Positions 1 to 9,226 of a DNA stretch of 64,000 nt are shown here, piece by piece. Position 1 is the first letter of the stretch, and each line of letters opens with the position of its first letter. The stretch spans positions 509-64,508 of the forward strand of contig JABDDJ010000003.1 of assembly GCA_013287645.1 (NCBI GenBank), read 5' to 3'. Both the position numbers and the translations under genes were made by a program. The notes below the pieces were generated by a model, which did no database searches, was not told the DNA's origin, and saw nothing but the letters and a program-made list of their open reading frames with translations. Source of the stretch: Chlamydiota bacterium (GTDB taxonomy: Bacteria; Chlamydiota; Chlamydiia; Chlamydiales; JABDDJ01).

Positions 1-1
1 C

Positions 2-499
2 TGGATCTCCGCTGCTATTCGCGGCCTGATGTCTCTTCCGATTAATCTCAAGCGCCGCATTTGGTTTTCCATTGATGAGCTACCTTCACTCCACAAAGTA
101 AAAGATCTTGATACGTTTCTCACGGAAGGGCGCAAATACGGTGGGTGTGGAATCCTCACCCTCCAAAGTCCGGCTCAGCTTGAAAATATCTATGGACGCG
201 ATGTGGCAAAAATCATCATCGGAAATACCGCAACAAAAGTTATTTTTAGAGAGAAGGATCCAGAAACGGCTGAACGGATTTCAAAGGCTTTTGGCGAAAG
301 AGAAGTCATGGAAATTCAAGAGGGGATTACCTATGGTGCTAACGAAGTTCGCGATGGCGTGAGCCTTTCCATGCAAAACAAAATCCGGCCGGTTGTCTCT
401 TCTACCCAAATTCTTGAACTTCCGATCAACACAGCCTACATCAAACTTGCAGAAGAGCCGCACGTATCTAAAATTACGCTCAATCTTTCAAAAAAATAA
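2..499 (+). CDS. C-terminal part of a TraD/VirD4-type type IV secretion (conjugative) coupling protein; the 5' end lies outside the window
   Basis: The reading frame is open from the window edge. Motifs IWFSIDELPSL (Walker-B-like DE), RKYGGCGILTLQSPAQLENIYG and IIGNTATKVIF resemble the conserved C-terminal half of T4CP ATPases. Confidence 0.6.
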   Translation, partial: WISAAIRGLMSLPINLKRRIWFSIDELPSLHKVKDLDTFLTEGRKYGGCGILTLQSPAQLENIYGRDVAKIIIGNTATKVIFREKDPETAERISKAFGEREVMEIQEGITYGANEVRDGVSLSMQNKIRPVVSSTQILELPINTAYIKLAEEPHVSKITLNLSKK

Positions 500-511
500 A
501 AGGAGACCAAC

Positions 512-1057
512 ATGAAAATAAAATTGCCAATTATGCTCATTACGTTAAGTTGCATCGTTGTTCTAACCTGTAGTTGGACCACGTCTTTATTTCCCTATAT
601 GAAAGGCATCACATGCTTAGAGAGCGGACAGGTTTCTGAAGCGATTAAGTATCTAAAAGAAGCCGTTGAATTAGAGCCACTGAAATCCCAAAACCAAGGA
701 ACACTTGCTGTTGCTTACATACAAGCAGGAGATTGGGCTAAAGCATGGTACCACGCCAGACAAGCAGTTCTTTGTGAGACATGTACTAATACTGATTTAA
801 AGGTCTTTATGCTCACCTATCAACATATGGTTGTGGATAAAGGCTTAAATAAAATAGGTACACCGTACACAGTCATTGAAGAGGCATTAGGGCTTCCCGA
901 TATATGGGGTCATCCCGTGAAAGAGAAACATCCCGATCATGCTGCATATGGCCTCTGTTTTATGACATTTACTGAAGGGAAACTCGATACGCTTGAAACG
1001 CCAGGTTTTCCTAAATTAGGCACAAACACAATTAAGCCCCAGATTTCAAGAGAATAA
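512..1057 (+). CDS. Hypothetical exported protein with a TPR-like helical segment
   Basis: ATG lies 7 nt after an AGGAGA RBS. The N-terminus is hydrophobic (MKIKLPIMLITLSCIVVLTC). A TPR-like stretch reads GQVSEAIKYLKEAVELEP...AGDWAKAWYHARQAV. Confidence 0.45.
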   Translation: MKIKLPIMLITLSCIVVLTCSWTTSLFPYMKGITCLESGQVSEAIKYLKEAVELEPLKSQNQGTLAVAYIQAGDWAKAWYHARQAVLCETCTNTDLKVFMLTYQHMVVDKGLNKIGTPYTVIEEALGLPDIWGHPVKEKHPDHAAYGLCFMTFTEGKLDTLETPGFPKLGTNTIKPQISRE

Positions 1058-1100
1058 AATATAAATTATCAAGACTGTAAAAAAATAAAGGAAAAAAACA

Positions 1101-2291
1101 ATGAATACATTCATTTGTACATTAATCACTAGTTTGATTTTTTGCTTTTCAATTGAAGCCTTAATTATGGGCGCTGGACGAATAGTGTCTAAACAAGATA
1201 GAGCAATTTCGTCTGAAGTGATTATGACAGATTATCCGAAGAAATCACTTTGGATGATCTTGAGCTCCGATCCAAAAGTAGAAAGGAACAGGGAGGGAAT
1301 CTGCACGATTGATCAATACGAAAGAAAAAAGTTTAATTTTGTTGTAACGCTTCAAAAAAACGCATTCACACTTAGTTTTCTTCGATCTGAAGAGGTTTTG
1401 TCATTCTATGTAGGACAGTGGTCTAATTGCCCCATATCTCCAGGGATTTTTAAAGAATCACGAAACCGATGTCCTTCCGAATCTTTTGTGAATTCTTATG
1501 TTGGCTTTTCTGTGAATTCTTGTGATGTCGGCTTTCATGATTTGGGCTCTTGGTCGGAATCAATAAAGGAAGAACATCTCAACATCTTGGAAATCACTTA
1601 TGATGAAAATGGGAATATTGAGTCTTTTGCTGCAAACGTTCTACATGAGGGGTTTGAATGGAACCTGCCGCCGATATTTATGGCTATTCGATACAACTCA
1701 CAGATCCCCGTTGAAGTCAATACTGTTCAATTATATGGAATCCATGAGACGCCAAAATCATTTATTTATTGCATTCGATATCCCGAAGCTCAATCTAGGA
1801 GAAAATCTAGAGAAGACAGCCACCTAGAAATGGTACCCATTGTCAATAATTTCACTAGTCCTATGGATTCCTGGTTTGACCGACATGAATCCCCCTCTAT
1901 TAAAGGAGATATTTTTAATACGACAAGCAATCATGCTCAATTTGATTGTCAGGTGTTTAAATCGTCGAAACACAAAAGACATCTGTCTTTCAAAATTCTC
2001 AACGACTATCACGACATAGAGTTATCTTTCAATCCTCCCAAAGACGAAAACTATGTAAAGGAATTTCATAAAAAATTGCGTAAGCGCAAAGATACCGTAT
2101 TTTATAGAGATGGAGAAGAGTCTTATTTTTTGAAAGAGTACAGAATAAGAGAATTGGAGATAGATGCTTCAGAGATAGTGAAGTTAGCAATTGATTTCAT
2201 TGGTGAAGCAGAAGATGGAAAAATCATAGAAGGCTCTTTACGTCACGAAACCGACATTCCTGTAAATTTAGAAAATCCGTACAACCGGTGA
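1101..2291 (+). CDS. Secreted hypothetical protein, tandem paralog A (unknown family)
   Basis: N-terminal signal-like segment. It shares two blocks with ORF 2537..3559: LNILEITYDENGNIESFAANVL...IRYNSQIPVEV, and the C-terminal block YFLKEYRIRELEIDASEIVKLAIDFIGEAEDGKIIEGSLRHETDIPVNLENPYN. Confidence 0.65.
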   Translation: MNTFICTLITSLIFCFSIEALIMGAGRIVSKQDRAISSEVIMTDYPKKSLWMILSSDPKVERNREGICTIDQYERKKFNFVVTLQKNAFTLSFLRSEEVLSFYVGQWSNCPISPGIFKESRNRCPSESFVNSYVGFSVNSCDVGFHDLGSWSESIKEEHLNILEITYDENGNIESFAANVLHEGFEWNLPPIFMAIRYNSQIPVEVNTVQLYGIHETPKSFIYCIRYPEAQSRRKSREDSHLEMVPIVNNFTSPMDSWFDRHESPSIKGDIFNTTSNHAQFDCQVFKSSKHKRHLSFKILNDYHDIELSFNPPKDENYVKEFHKKLRKRKDTVFYRDGEESYFLKEYRIRELEIDASEIVKLAIDFIGEAEDGKIIEGSLRHETDIPVNLENPYNR

Positions 2292-2300
2292 AACCATCAC

Positions 2301-2328
2301 GCAGGGGAGGCCTTAACGCCTTTCCTGC
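2301..2328 (+). terminator. Putative hairpin terminator after paralog A
   Basis: gcaggggaggc / gcctttcctgc form an 11-bp stem (two G-U pairs) 10 nt after the stop codon. It is homologous in position and sequence to the hairpin after paralog B. No strong T-run follows. Confidence 0.4.
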
Positions 2329-2536
2329 CGGGTGCAAATGCTCCTTAATATGTTACGAATGCCGTTGCACTTGTGCCTAGAAAGAGCCTTATTTAGACAG
2401 TATATAAGGCATTGAACAGAAATCTCTTAGTTCTACATATGTGGAGCTAATTGGTATCTTTTCAGTTCAAGTTGAGGAAAAATTTCTCTTCAGTGGCGAC
2501 TGAAAAAAATAAACAATAAAAAAGGAAAAAAATAAA

Positions 2537-3559
2537 ATGAAACAATTTATTTACAGATTGGTAGCTACCGTAATGTTATTTACAGCAGCTGAAACAGTTG
2601 CAACAGAAGGCTCAAAAGCAACATTTTTGATGCTAGTAAGTCCAAAAGCCAAGCGTGGTTGGGAATATATTGGACAAGGAAAAGCCCAACAATGTCGAGA
2701 AGATGATGGAACTTTTAGGTTATCACAACCTAAAATTAATGAAGTTGAATTACGCTATAATCCAAAAAAACAAATGAGTGGGATTTGGTGGGATTTTCGT
2801 TTTAGACAAGAAGCCGGCACACCAGTAACTTCTGGAATTTACACCGCATTGTCGCGTTATCCGTTTGGTCAGGGCGCCTGTGTCGATTTTGGTGGATCTG
2901 GACGCGGTTGCAATAACTTGATAGGCGATCTCAATATTTTGGATATTACGCATGATGAAGAAGGAAACATTCAATCATTTGCTGCAAACTTATTGCAGCA
3001 TTGCGAAACCATAAAACATGCCCCTCTCTTTGTGGGAATTCGGTATAACTCATCGATTCCAGTAATAGTAAAGCCAGAAGAGTTGTACAGTTCTCAACAT
3101 AAACCCGCGTCATTCATTCACTATCTCGAATGCCCAAGAACAGATGCAGAAACTCCTGACAGAAACGAGGTGTTTCATAACATCACAAGTAACCAAACCG
3201 ATTTTACAATCAAATGTAGCCAAATTGAAGATTTGAGTGGCTTCGGAAGAGGAATAGACATCAAAATTGCAAGTGAACCTTCTAACATATGGTTTACTCT
3301 TCCCGTTCCAAAAAAGAAATACCTCAAAGAATGGCGTCATTCAGTGCTTGCCATGTCTGACGATGCTGTGTTTTATACAGATGATTACTATTATCTGAAA
3401 GAATACAGAATAAGGGAATTAAAGCTAAATGACTCAAAGCAAGTCATCAAATTTGCCGTAGATTTTATTGCGGAAACAGAGGACGGCAAGATCATTCAAG
3501 GATCTCTTCGCCATAATTCTGATGTTGCGGTGAATTTGGAAAAACCTTACAACGATTAA
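2537..3559 (+). CDS. Secreted hypothetical protein, tandem paralog B (unknown family)
   Basis: Signal-like N-terminus MKQFIYRLVATVMLFTAAETVA. Conserved blocks LNILDITHDEEGNIQSFAANLL...IRYNSSIPVIV and YYLKEYRIRELKLNDSKQVIKFAVDFIAETEDGKIIQGSLRHNSDVAVNLEKPYND match ORF 1101..2291. Confidence 0.65.
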   Translation: MKQFIYRLVATVMLFTAAETVATEGSKATFLMLVSPKAKRGWEYIGQGKAQQCREDDGTFRLSQPKINEVELRYNPKKQMSGIWWDFRFRQEAGTPVTSGIYTALSRYPFGQGACVDFGGSGRGCNNLIGDLNILDITHDEEGNIQSFAANLLQHCETIKHAPLFVGIRYNSSIPVIVKPEELYSSQHKPASFIHYLECPRTDAETPDRNEVFHNITSNQTDFTIKCSQIEDLSGFGRGIDIKIASEPSNIWFTLPVPKKKYLKEWRHSVLAMSDDAVFYTDDYYYLKEYRIRELKLNDSKQVIKFAVDFIAETEDGKIIQGSLRHNSDVAVNLEKPYND

Positions 3560-3571
3560 AAGTTGTTGTGT

Positions 3572-3599
3572 GCAGGGAAGGCATTTATGTCTTCCCTGC
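3572..3599 (+). terminator. Putative hairpin terminator after paralog B
   Basis: Perfect 9-bp inverted repeat gcagggaag / cttccctgc with a 10-nt loop, 13 nt after the stop codon. Confidence 0.45.
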
Positions 3600-3795
3600 C
3601 GGGAGTAAGTACTCTATAATGTACTTGTACTTGGAAACGGTCTTATTTGTTAGACTGTTTTCGAATAAAAATCTGTTAGAGCTGCCTGTGTGGTATTGAT
3701 TTTATGGATATGTTGTAAGAACGAAAGTTATGATTTCTATGACTTTGGTGCATAATATTCTTGCACAAAAGTCATAAATATTATAACATTGGTGT

Positions 3796-4374
3796 ATGAG
3801 CAACAAAGATCAACTTTTCGAAATAGCCAACAGGCAACAGGGCTTTTTTATCACGAGGCAGGCAGAGGCCTGTGGTTTTTCGCGCTCAAACTTTCATTTA
3901 AAAATTCAATCGGGCGAATGGATTAAAGAGAGGAGAGGCATTTATCGTCTAGCCCACTATCCCATAACTGAAAGACCTGAGCTTGTTCTTTGGATTCTTT
4001 GGAGTTGTAACCGCAAAGGGGAACCTCAAGGTATTTGGTCACACGACACTGCTCTGGATATTCATGAGCTTAGTGATGTAATGCCTTCTAAAATGCATAT
4101 GTCTGTCCCTTCAAACTTTAGAAGAAGAACAGACATCCCTCGAGTGCTTAACCTACACTATATCGATATCCCCGAATCTGATACTGAAACACGGCAAGGC
4201 TATCGGGTAACAAAAACCCTTAGAACACTTATTGACGTTATTAATGAGGGTAAAATAGCCCCGAATCAAATTGCCCAAGCTCTTAAAGAAGCTCTTCAAC
4301 GAGGTCTTATTTCGAGAAGAGAAGTGGATTCAGAACCGAAACTGACAAAAATAAAGGAATCGAATGAAATTTAA
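3796..4374 (+). CDS. abiEi: AbiEi-family antitoxin / transcriptional regulator (type IV TA system)
   Basis: The N-terminus FEIANRQQGFFITRQAEACGFSRSNFHLKIQSGEWIKERRGIYRL matches the AbiEi winged-helix pattern (..G.vt...a...g.s...l..l...G.l.r..rGiY). Its stop overlaps the start of the downstream AbiEii-like ORF by 11 nt. Confidence 0.7.
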   Translation: MSNKDQLFEIANRQQGFFITRQAEACGFSRSNFHLKIQSGEWIKERRGIYRLAHYPITERPELVLWILWSCNRKGEPQGIWSHDTALDIHELSDVMPSKMHMSVPSNFRRRTDIPRVLNLHYIDIPESDTETRQGYRVTKTLRTLIDVINEGKIAPNQIAQALKEALQRGLISRREVDSEPKLTKIKESNEI

Positions 4375-5987
4375 GACAGCTACAGATTTTCGTAAGAGCT
4401 TGGAAACGAGAATTCAGGGTATTGCGGCCAAAACAGGTCAAGATTTGCAAAGCCTTAGAAGAAAAGTTGCTTTTGATCGATTGTTAGCAAGGATTTTTTC
4501 AGATAACAAGTCTAGCTTCTATTTAAAAGGCGGTTATGCAATGGAGTTGAGGGTGGCTGAAGCTCGTGCTACGAAAGACATTGATCTTACATGTATTCAA
4601 AGAGCGACTAATGAAAGTGAGCTTTGGAATGAAATCATTTTGGATGAGCTTCAGGAATTAGCAAGCCGCAATTTGAATGATTGGTAAAGCTCAATTAGAT
4701 TTAGATAATGCTCCTTATGGAGGAAGCCGATATCCAGTTTCCGCACTGATTGACGGTAAGCTCTTTGTTCGTTTTCAATTAGATGTAGGTGCCGATGTTG
4801 TCGTGGATGAAATAGAGCAAATTAAGGGCATTGATTGGTTAGAATTTTGTGGAGTAAAAGCCCCCATAATTCCGGCAATATCGATAGAACAACAACTATC
4901 AGAAAAGCTTCATGCTTACTCTATGCCTCGTGGCGATAGAATAAATTCTAGGGCAAAAGATCTTGTTGATATGGTGTTGTTGCTTAATATGAGAAAAATA
5001 GAAAAAGAGGAGTTTCAGAAAGTACTGGAGAAGGTATTCAAAGCTCGAAATACTCATCCACTTCCTAAATTTTTAGATCCACCTCCTTCGGAGTGGGAGA
5101 ATCAATTTAAAAAGATGGCCGCAGAATGTGGTATTACCCAAGACATGAGATTGAGTTTTGAAAAAATGTCCTTTTTTTACAGTCCAATTACACAGGAAGA
5201 ATGGCAAAACGCGAAACTAATTCTTGATGAATATGGCAGTCTAATTGCTCCCCATACGGTCATTCTAGCCTTCGATGAAAACGAATCTTATGGCACTGCA
5301 GTTCTTATCAACTACAAGAACAAAAAAGTTTTATTAACCGCTACCCATGTCGCTCGACAATTGAAAAAGGCTAAAAGAATTCGTCTTATTTCTCATTTTG
5401 ATGATAGACGCAGAGAATATCCTACCCGTGATCCGCGAGATTTTGAAGTTAAAGAATGGGATTTAAGCTTTGCTGATGAAATGCTTCAAGATGTATTGGA
5501 TTCAGTCCCCAAGGACTTAGCCGTTATTGAACCTTCTCCTCAAATTATTAATATGTTAGAAAATTATAAACAATTTTTTCTATTTACTGAACCTTTAAGT
5601 ATAACATCGAAAGATGCATTAGTTTTATTTGGAGGAATAGGGTCTGAGAAAACAGGTAATACATTTAATGGTAGGGTTTATTCGCTTGCTGTAGTTATGT
5701 CAAATTATGAAAATAAAATTGACAGTGATTACATTGTTTGTAATGTGAGCACTGAAACATTCGGAATAAAAAATCTTGGAGAAAAAATCATCCCAAATTT
5801 CCAAGGCTCAAGTGGTGGTGGCGTTTGGAAGATAGTCAATCAGAAACCTCAGTTGGTTGGTATAGCGATAGCCCAGGATTTGACAGACTATAAAACTGTC
5901 AACAAAGAAGGTCTGTTGTATTTTCATGGATCACAATCTATTTCAATGATGTTGAAATCTTTGGATGATGAATCAGAAAACATATAA
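4364..5987 (+). pseudogene. abiEii: AbiEii/AbiGii-family nucleotidyltransferase toxin, split by a frameshift at about 4677-4687 and fused to a C-terminal trypsin-like serine protease domain
   Basis: ORF 4364..4687 carries the family N-terminus (RKVAFDRLLARIF...FYLKGGYAMELRV..ARATKDIDL). ORF 4677..5987, in another frame, continues the family (GGSRYPVSALIDGKLFVRFQLDVGADV...SEKLHAY). It then adds about 260 aa with H-D-S order: LLTATHV (His codon 5346-5348), KDLAVIE (Asp 5514-5516), QGSSGGGVW (Ser 5811-5813). Confidence 0.6.
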
Positions 5988-6294
5988 AATCACTCCATGA
6001 TTAATAAATAATACAATTTATTCATGAAATAGTATGTGCATGTACTAATTATCTATAATAGAAAATAAAGTAAAAGTTATTACTTCAACAATTTTTTATA
6101 TATAAAAGCTATTTTTAAACTAGAAAACAAATTTATTTTGTTGATTTCTATCCATATATATTTGTATATTAACTACATGAACAAATTCTTGATGCAAAAC
6201 TAGTATATATTTTCGTTTCCTTCGCGGCCTTTCCGCGTATAATAGCGGCCGCTAATCTAGGGGGTGCAAGAAGACAACAGAAGTATTTTGTGTA

Positions 6295-6650
6295 TTGCAC
6301 ACTGCTGACTGGCATCTTGGCAAAATCCTTCACGATCAAGCCCGCGACGAGGAACACAACCACTTTCTGAATTTTCTACTACAAACAGTCAAGGACAAGA
6401 AGATAGATACTATCATCATCGTCGGGGATATCTTCGACTCGCCGCATCCCACTCACATAGCCCAACGACTCTACTATGACTTCCTCGCAGAGGTCAATCG
6501 CTCCACAAACTGTTCGGTCGTCATTACCTTGGGCAACCACGATTCACCGGTCAACCTGGAAGCTCCTAAAGACGTTTAAAAGAGATCAATACCCACGTCG
6601 TTGGCGATGTTCCGGAAAACCTTGACGAGGCATGAGGCTCAAAAACATCA
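6295..6650 (+). pseudogene. sbcD: Truncated and frameshifted sbcD (Mre11-type nuclease) N-terminal remnant
   Basis: TTG start, then HTADWHLGK, IIIVGDIFDS and LGNHDSP, which are calcineurin-like phosphoesterase motifs I-III of SbcD. A stop at 6579 is followed in another frame by EINTHVVGDVPENLDEA. No further homolog-like sequence follows; a full-length SbcD would be about 400 aa. Confidence 0.65.
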
Positions 6651-6971
6651 CGGAAGGGAATAAAATCTGTAATCAAAAATGGAAATTTGACTTGATGATT
6701 TTCTTTTGATCTGTACGATTCATATGTACACCAATGTTTGTTGACTGAGGCCGATCTCCTGGCAGCTTGCCTGGATTTCGGTCTCAAATTTTTCTCTCAT
6801 TTTTAACACTAGTGTCAGATTAAGTCTAGACTATTACACTTGAAGATGTTATGCGTCGGCTCGTGTTACATAATTCTTTGAAACTCCACGAACTTCTGCC
6901 AGATCAATGGGTTGATGATCGCAAAAAAAGTGCTGCCTAATTTCTGCAATACCCCTAAATTTGACGCTTAC

Positions 6972-7002
6972 CCTGGAATACGCGCGAAGCGCGCATTCCA
7001 GG
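6972..7002. repeat. GC-rich imperfect palindrome / hairpin (possible bidirectional terminator or IS-associated element)
   Basis: cctggaatacgcgc gaa gcgcgcattccagg gives 8+5 bp of stem with one mismatch and a GAA loop. It lies between a transposase-like 3' remnant (ends 6940, + strand) and the stop of ORF 7047..7319 (- strand). Confidence 0.35.
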
Positions 7003-7046
7003 ACCTTGATGCACCTAGACGTGAATAGTTACTTTGATTTTAGATT

Positions 7047-7319
7047 TTAAAATGAATTATATTCCGTTTGCAGTGTTTGTTGCCTTACTTTGTCTACACG
7101 AATTGTTGTCTCAAGTTTAGCTACGGCATCTTTTAGTTCAGCGGTAGCTTTATCATAACCAGGGTTATTAGGAAAGCTCTTTGCCACCTCCAAATGTCTA
7201 CGAAGCTTAACTTTTGCTTGGCTTAATTCAGATTCTAAAGATGTTAGTTTATTGTCAAGATCCTTTAGTTCACGTTCTACTTGACCCTTGTGTGAATGAG
7301 CTGTATATACATAAGTCAT
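7047..7319 (-). CDS. Small coiled-coil hypothetical protein
   Basis: 90-aa ORF with heptad-like charged sequence (ERELKDLDNKLTSLESELSQAKVKLRR...). An AGGAGA-like RBS (tcaaaggagaattttt) precedes the ATG on the minus strand. Confidence 0.4.
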   Translation of the reverse strand: MTYVYTAHSHKGQVERELKDLDNKLTSLESELSQAKVKLRRHLEVAKSFPNNPGYDKATAELKDAVAKLETTIRVDKVRQQTLQTEYNSF

Positions 7320-7483
7320 AAAAATTCTCCTTTGAGTATATGTTTTTTTGAAGTGCTCCCCAAGTGTTGGACAGAAAAAAAGAGGGAATAAGGTTATAAA
7401 CCACGCTTTTTCTTGTTTTTCAAAGGCATCCCAGGAATTCCTGAGAGTATCCTCGAATTTTCTTTGTTTTCCCCGCCAACAAT

Positions 7484-8130
7484 TTATTCACCCACCGTTT
7501 TAATTTCAATAATTTTATATTTGCCCTCATGATACACCTCAGGTGGTGTCTTGTACCCAATAGACTGATGTGGACGCTCTTTATTATAGAATCTTATGTA
7601 TCTTGAAATGCCCTCAAATGTCTCTTGAACGCTCTCATAACTTTTTGGATACACTTCTTCATATTTTAAAGATCGCCATAATCTTTCAATAAACACATTG
7701 TCTAATGCTCTTCCTTTTCCATCCCAGCTTATGCTTGTTCCAGAGCCCATCAAAGCGCTTGTAAACCTGTCTACAGTAAACTGTGATCCTTGATCTGAGT
7801 TAAAGATTTCTGGTCTACCCGCTACTAATGCCCTCTCCAATACTTGTAGGCAAAATATTTCATCAAGTGTCGTTGAAAGCTCCCAGGCCAGTACACAGCG
7901 ACTGTACCAGTCCATTATCCCAACGAGATACACAAACCCCCTTTTCATTGGTATATAAGTGATATCTGTACTCCACACATGGTTGCAATGATCTATCGTC
8001 ATACCTCGGAGAAGGAGGGGTATTTAACTCCTCTTTCCTTTATCTTGCTGAGGTTTGGTTTTGGATAGATTGCCGATATCCCCATAATCTGCATTAGTCT
8101 CCTGGCGCGTTTTTCATTAATAACCCATCC
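7484..8130 (-). mobile_element. IS3-family transposase OrfB (rve integrase core) remnant, N-terminally degraded
   Basis: VWSTDITYIPMKRGFVYLVGIMDWYSRCVLAWELS, FNSDQGSQFT and FYNKERPHQSIGYKTPPEVY are DDE/rve motifs. Upstream minus-strand sequence reads RRLMQIMGISAIYPKPNLSK but is interrupted by stops. No orfA is present. Confidence 0.75.
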
Positions 8131-8150
8131 TTCCCTTTTAAGAGGAAAAA

Positions 8151-8762
8151 CAATCTCATGGCGAGATTGAAACAGAGCACCCTGGATACCTTTTATCCCA
8201 AGATACGTACTATGTAGGAACGATTAAAGGCGTGGGGAGGATTTATCAACAAACGGTCATCGACACATATACCAAGGTGGCATTCACTAAACTGTATGGC
8301 AGAAAGAATGTGCTCATAGCAGCGGACATTCTTAATGATCAAGTCATACCCTGGTTTGAAAACCAAGATATCCGAGTTCTTAGAGTACTCACAGACAGAG
8401 GGACAGAATACTGTGGAGCTAGAGAAGATCATGCTTATCAACTCTACCTAGCGCTCGAAGATATCGATCACAGCAAAACAAAAGCAAAGCATCCGCAAAC
8501 TAACGAAATATGCGAGCGATTTCATCTAACGGTGAAGACTGAGTTTTATCAAGTGGCGTTTAGGAAGAAAGTGTATAAAGGCCTTGACGAATTACAGGAG
8601 GATTTGAATAGTTGGATTCGTGAGTATAATGAGTCTAGGACGCATTCAGGAAAGTACTGTTTTGGCAGAACGCGTTTACAAACGTTCTTGGAGGCAAAAC
8701 ATCTAGCACAGGAAAAAGTGCTAGATAAACAGTATCTGACAGGTTCTAACGTTGTCGGGTAG
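8151..8762 (+). mobile_element. IS481-like transposase C-terminal fragment abutting the IS3 remnant
   Basis: The in-frame stretch ETEHPGYLLSQDTYYVGTIKGVGRIYQQTVIDTYTKV, LTDRGTEYCG, HPQTNEICERFH and YNESRTHSG matches the IS481-type rve core. The N-terminal HTH portion is missing. Confidence 0.7.
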
Positions 8763-9226
8763 GTAGTGTGCGTCAGATCAAGTTATGTTTAGGACATCTA
8801 AGTTGGACCTAACAAGGGGGCAAGGTCAGGAATTCTCTTTACGAGCCTAAAAGGTTGCCCATTTTCGCAACCATAGATCTGTATATCTGTGCGTATGTAT
8901 GTACAGACGATACAGCAAATCACAAAAATGTACTTTCAAATATGAACCTTCACTAATTCGCGATAGCCCGTTAAGTAAGATTTGGATACGATAGCTTTTA
9001 TTCGACGGATGAGAAATCATTGTATCAAACTATTACCTAACGGAATAGTGCGAATTCTAATAAATAATAATTTTATTTTAAAAAAATGTATAAATAAATG
9101 GGGCTAATGCAGAACCCTCTGCTAGAAATATCAAGCAACCTATTAGTAACAAAATGATAATTAGAGGAGCAAGCCAAATTTTTTTTCTTGCCCTCATAAA
9201 CGCACAAAGCTCAAAGATAGTCTCTA

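Noticed and set aside
108-463. ORFs 108..362 (+) and 281..463 (-), overlapping the coupling-protein gene
   Set aside because: They lie in alternative or antisense frames of a gene with clear T4CP motifs. They have no motifs or RBS of their own, so they are most likely frame shadows.
5988-6294. Very AT-rich 300-bp spacer with a TATAAT box (6237-6242) flanked by gcggcc/ggccgc dyads, considered as an origin, att site or promoter
   Set aside because: The -35 region is poor and the downstream gene is only an sbcD stub. I found no iterons, DnaA-box-like repeats or matching direct repeat elsewhere in the window, so the evidence is insufficient to call a feature.
6566-6787. 73-aa ORF on the minus strand between the sbcD stub and the transposase remnants
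   Set aside because: It has an Arg/Ser-rich low-complexity translation and no RBS. It partly overlaps the frameshifted continuation of sbcD, so it is likely non-coding debris.
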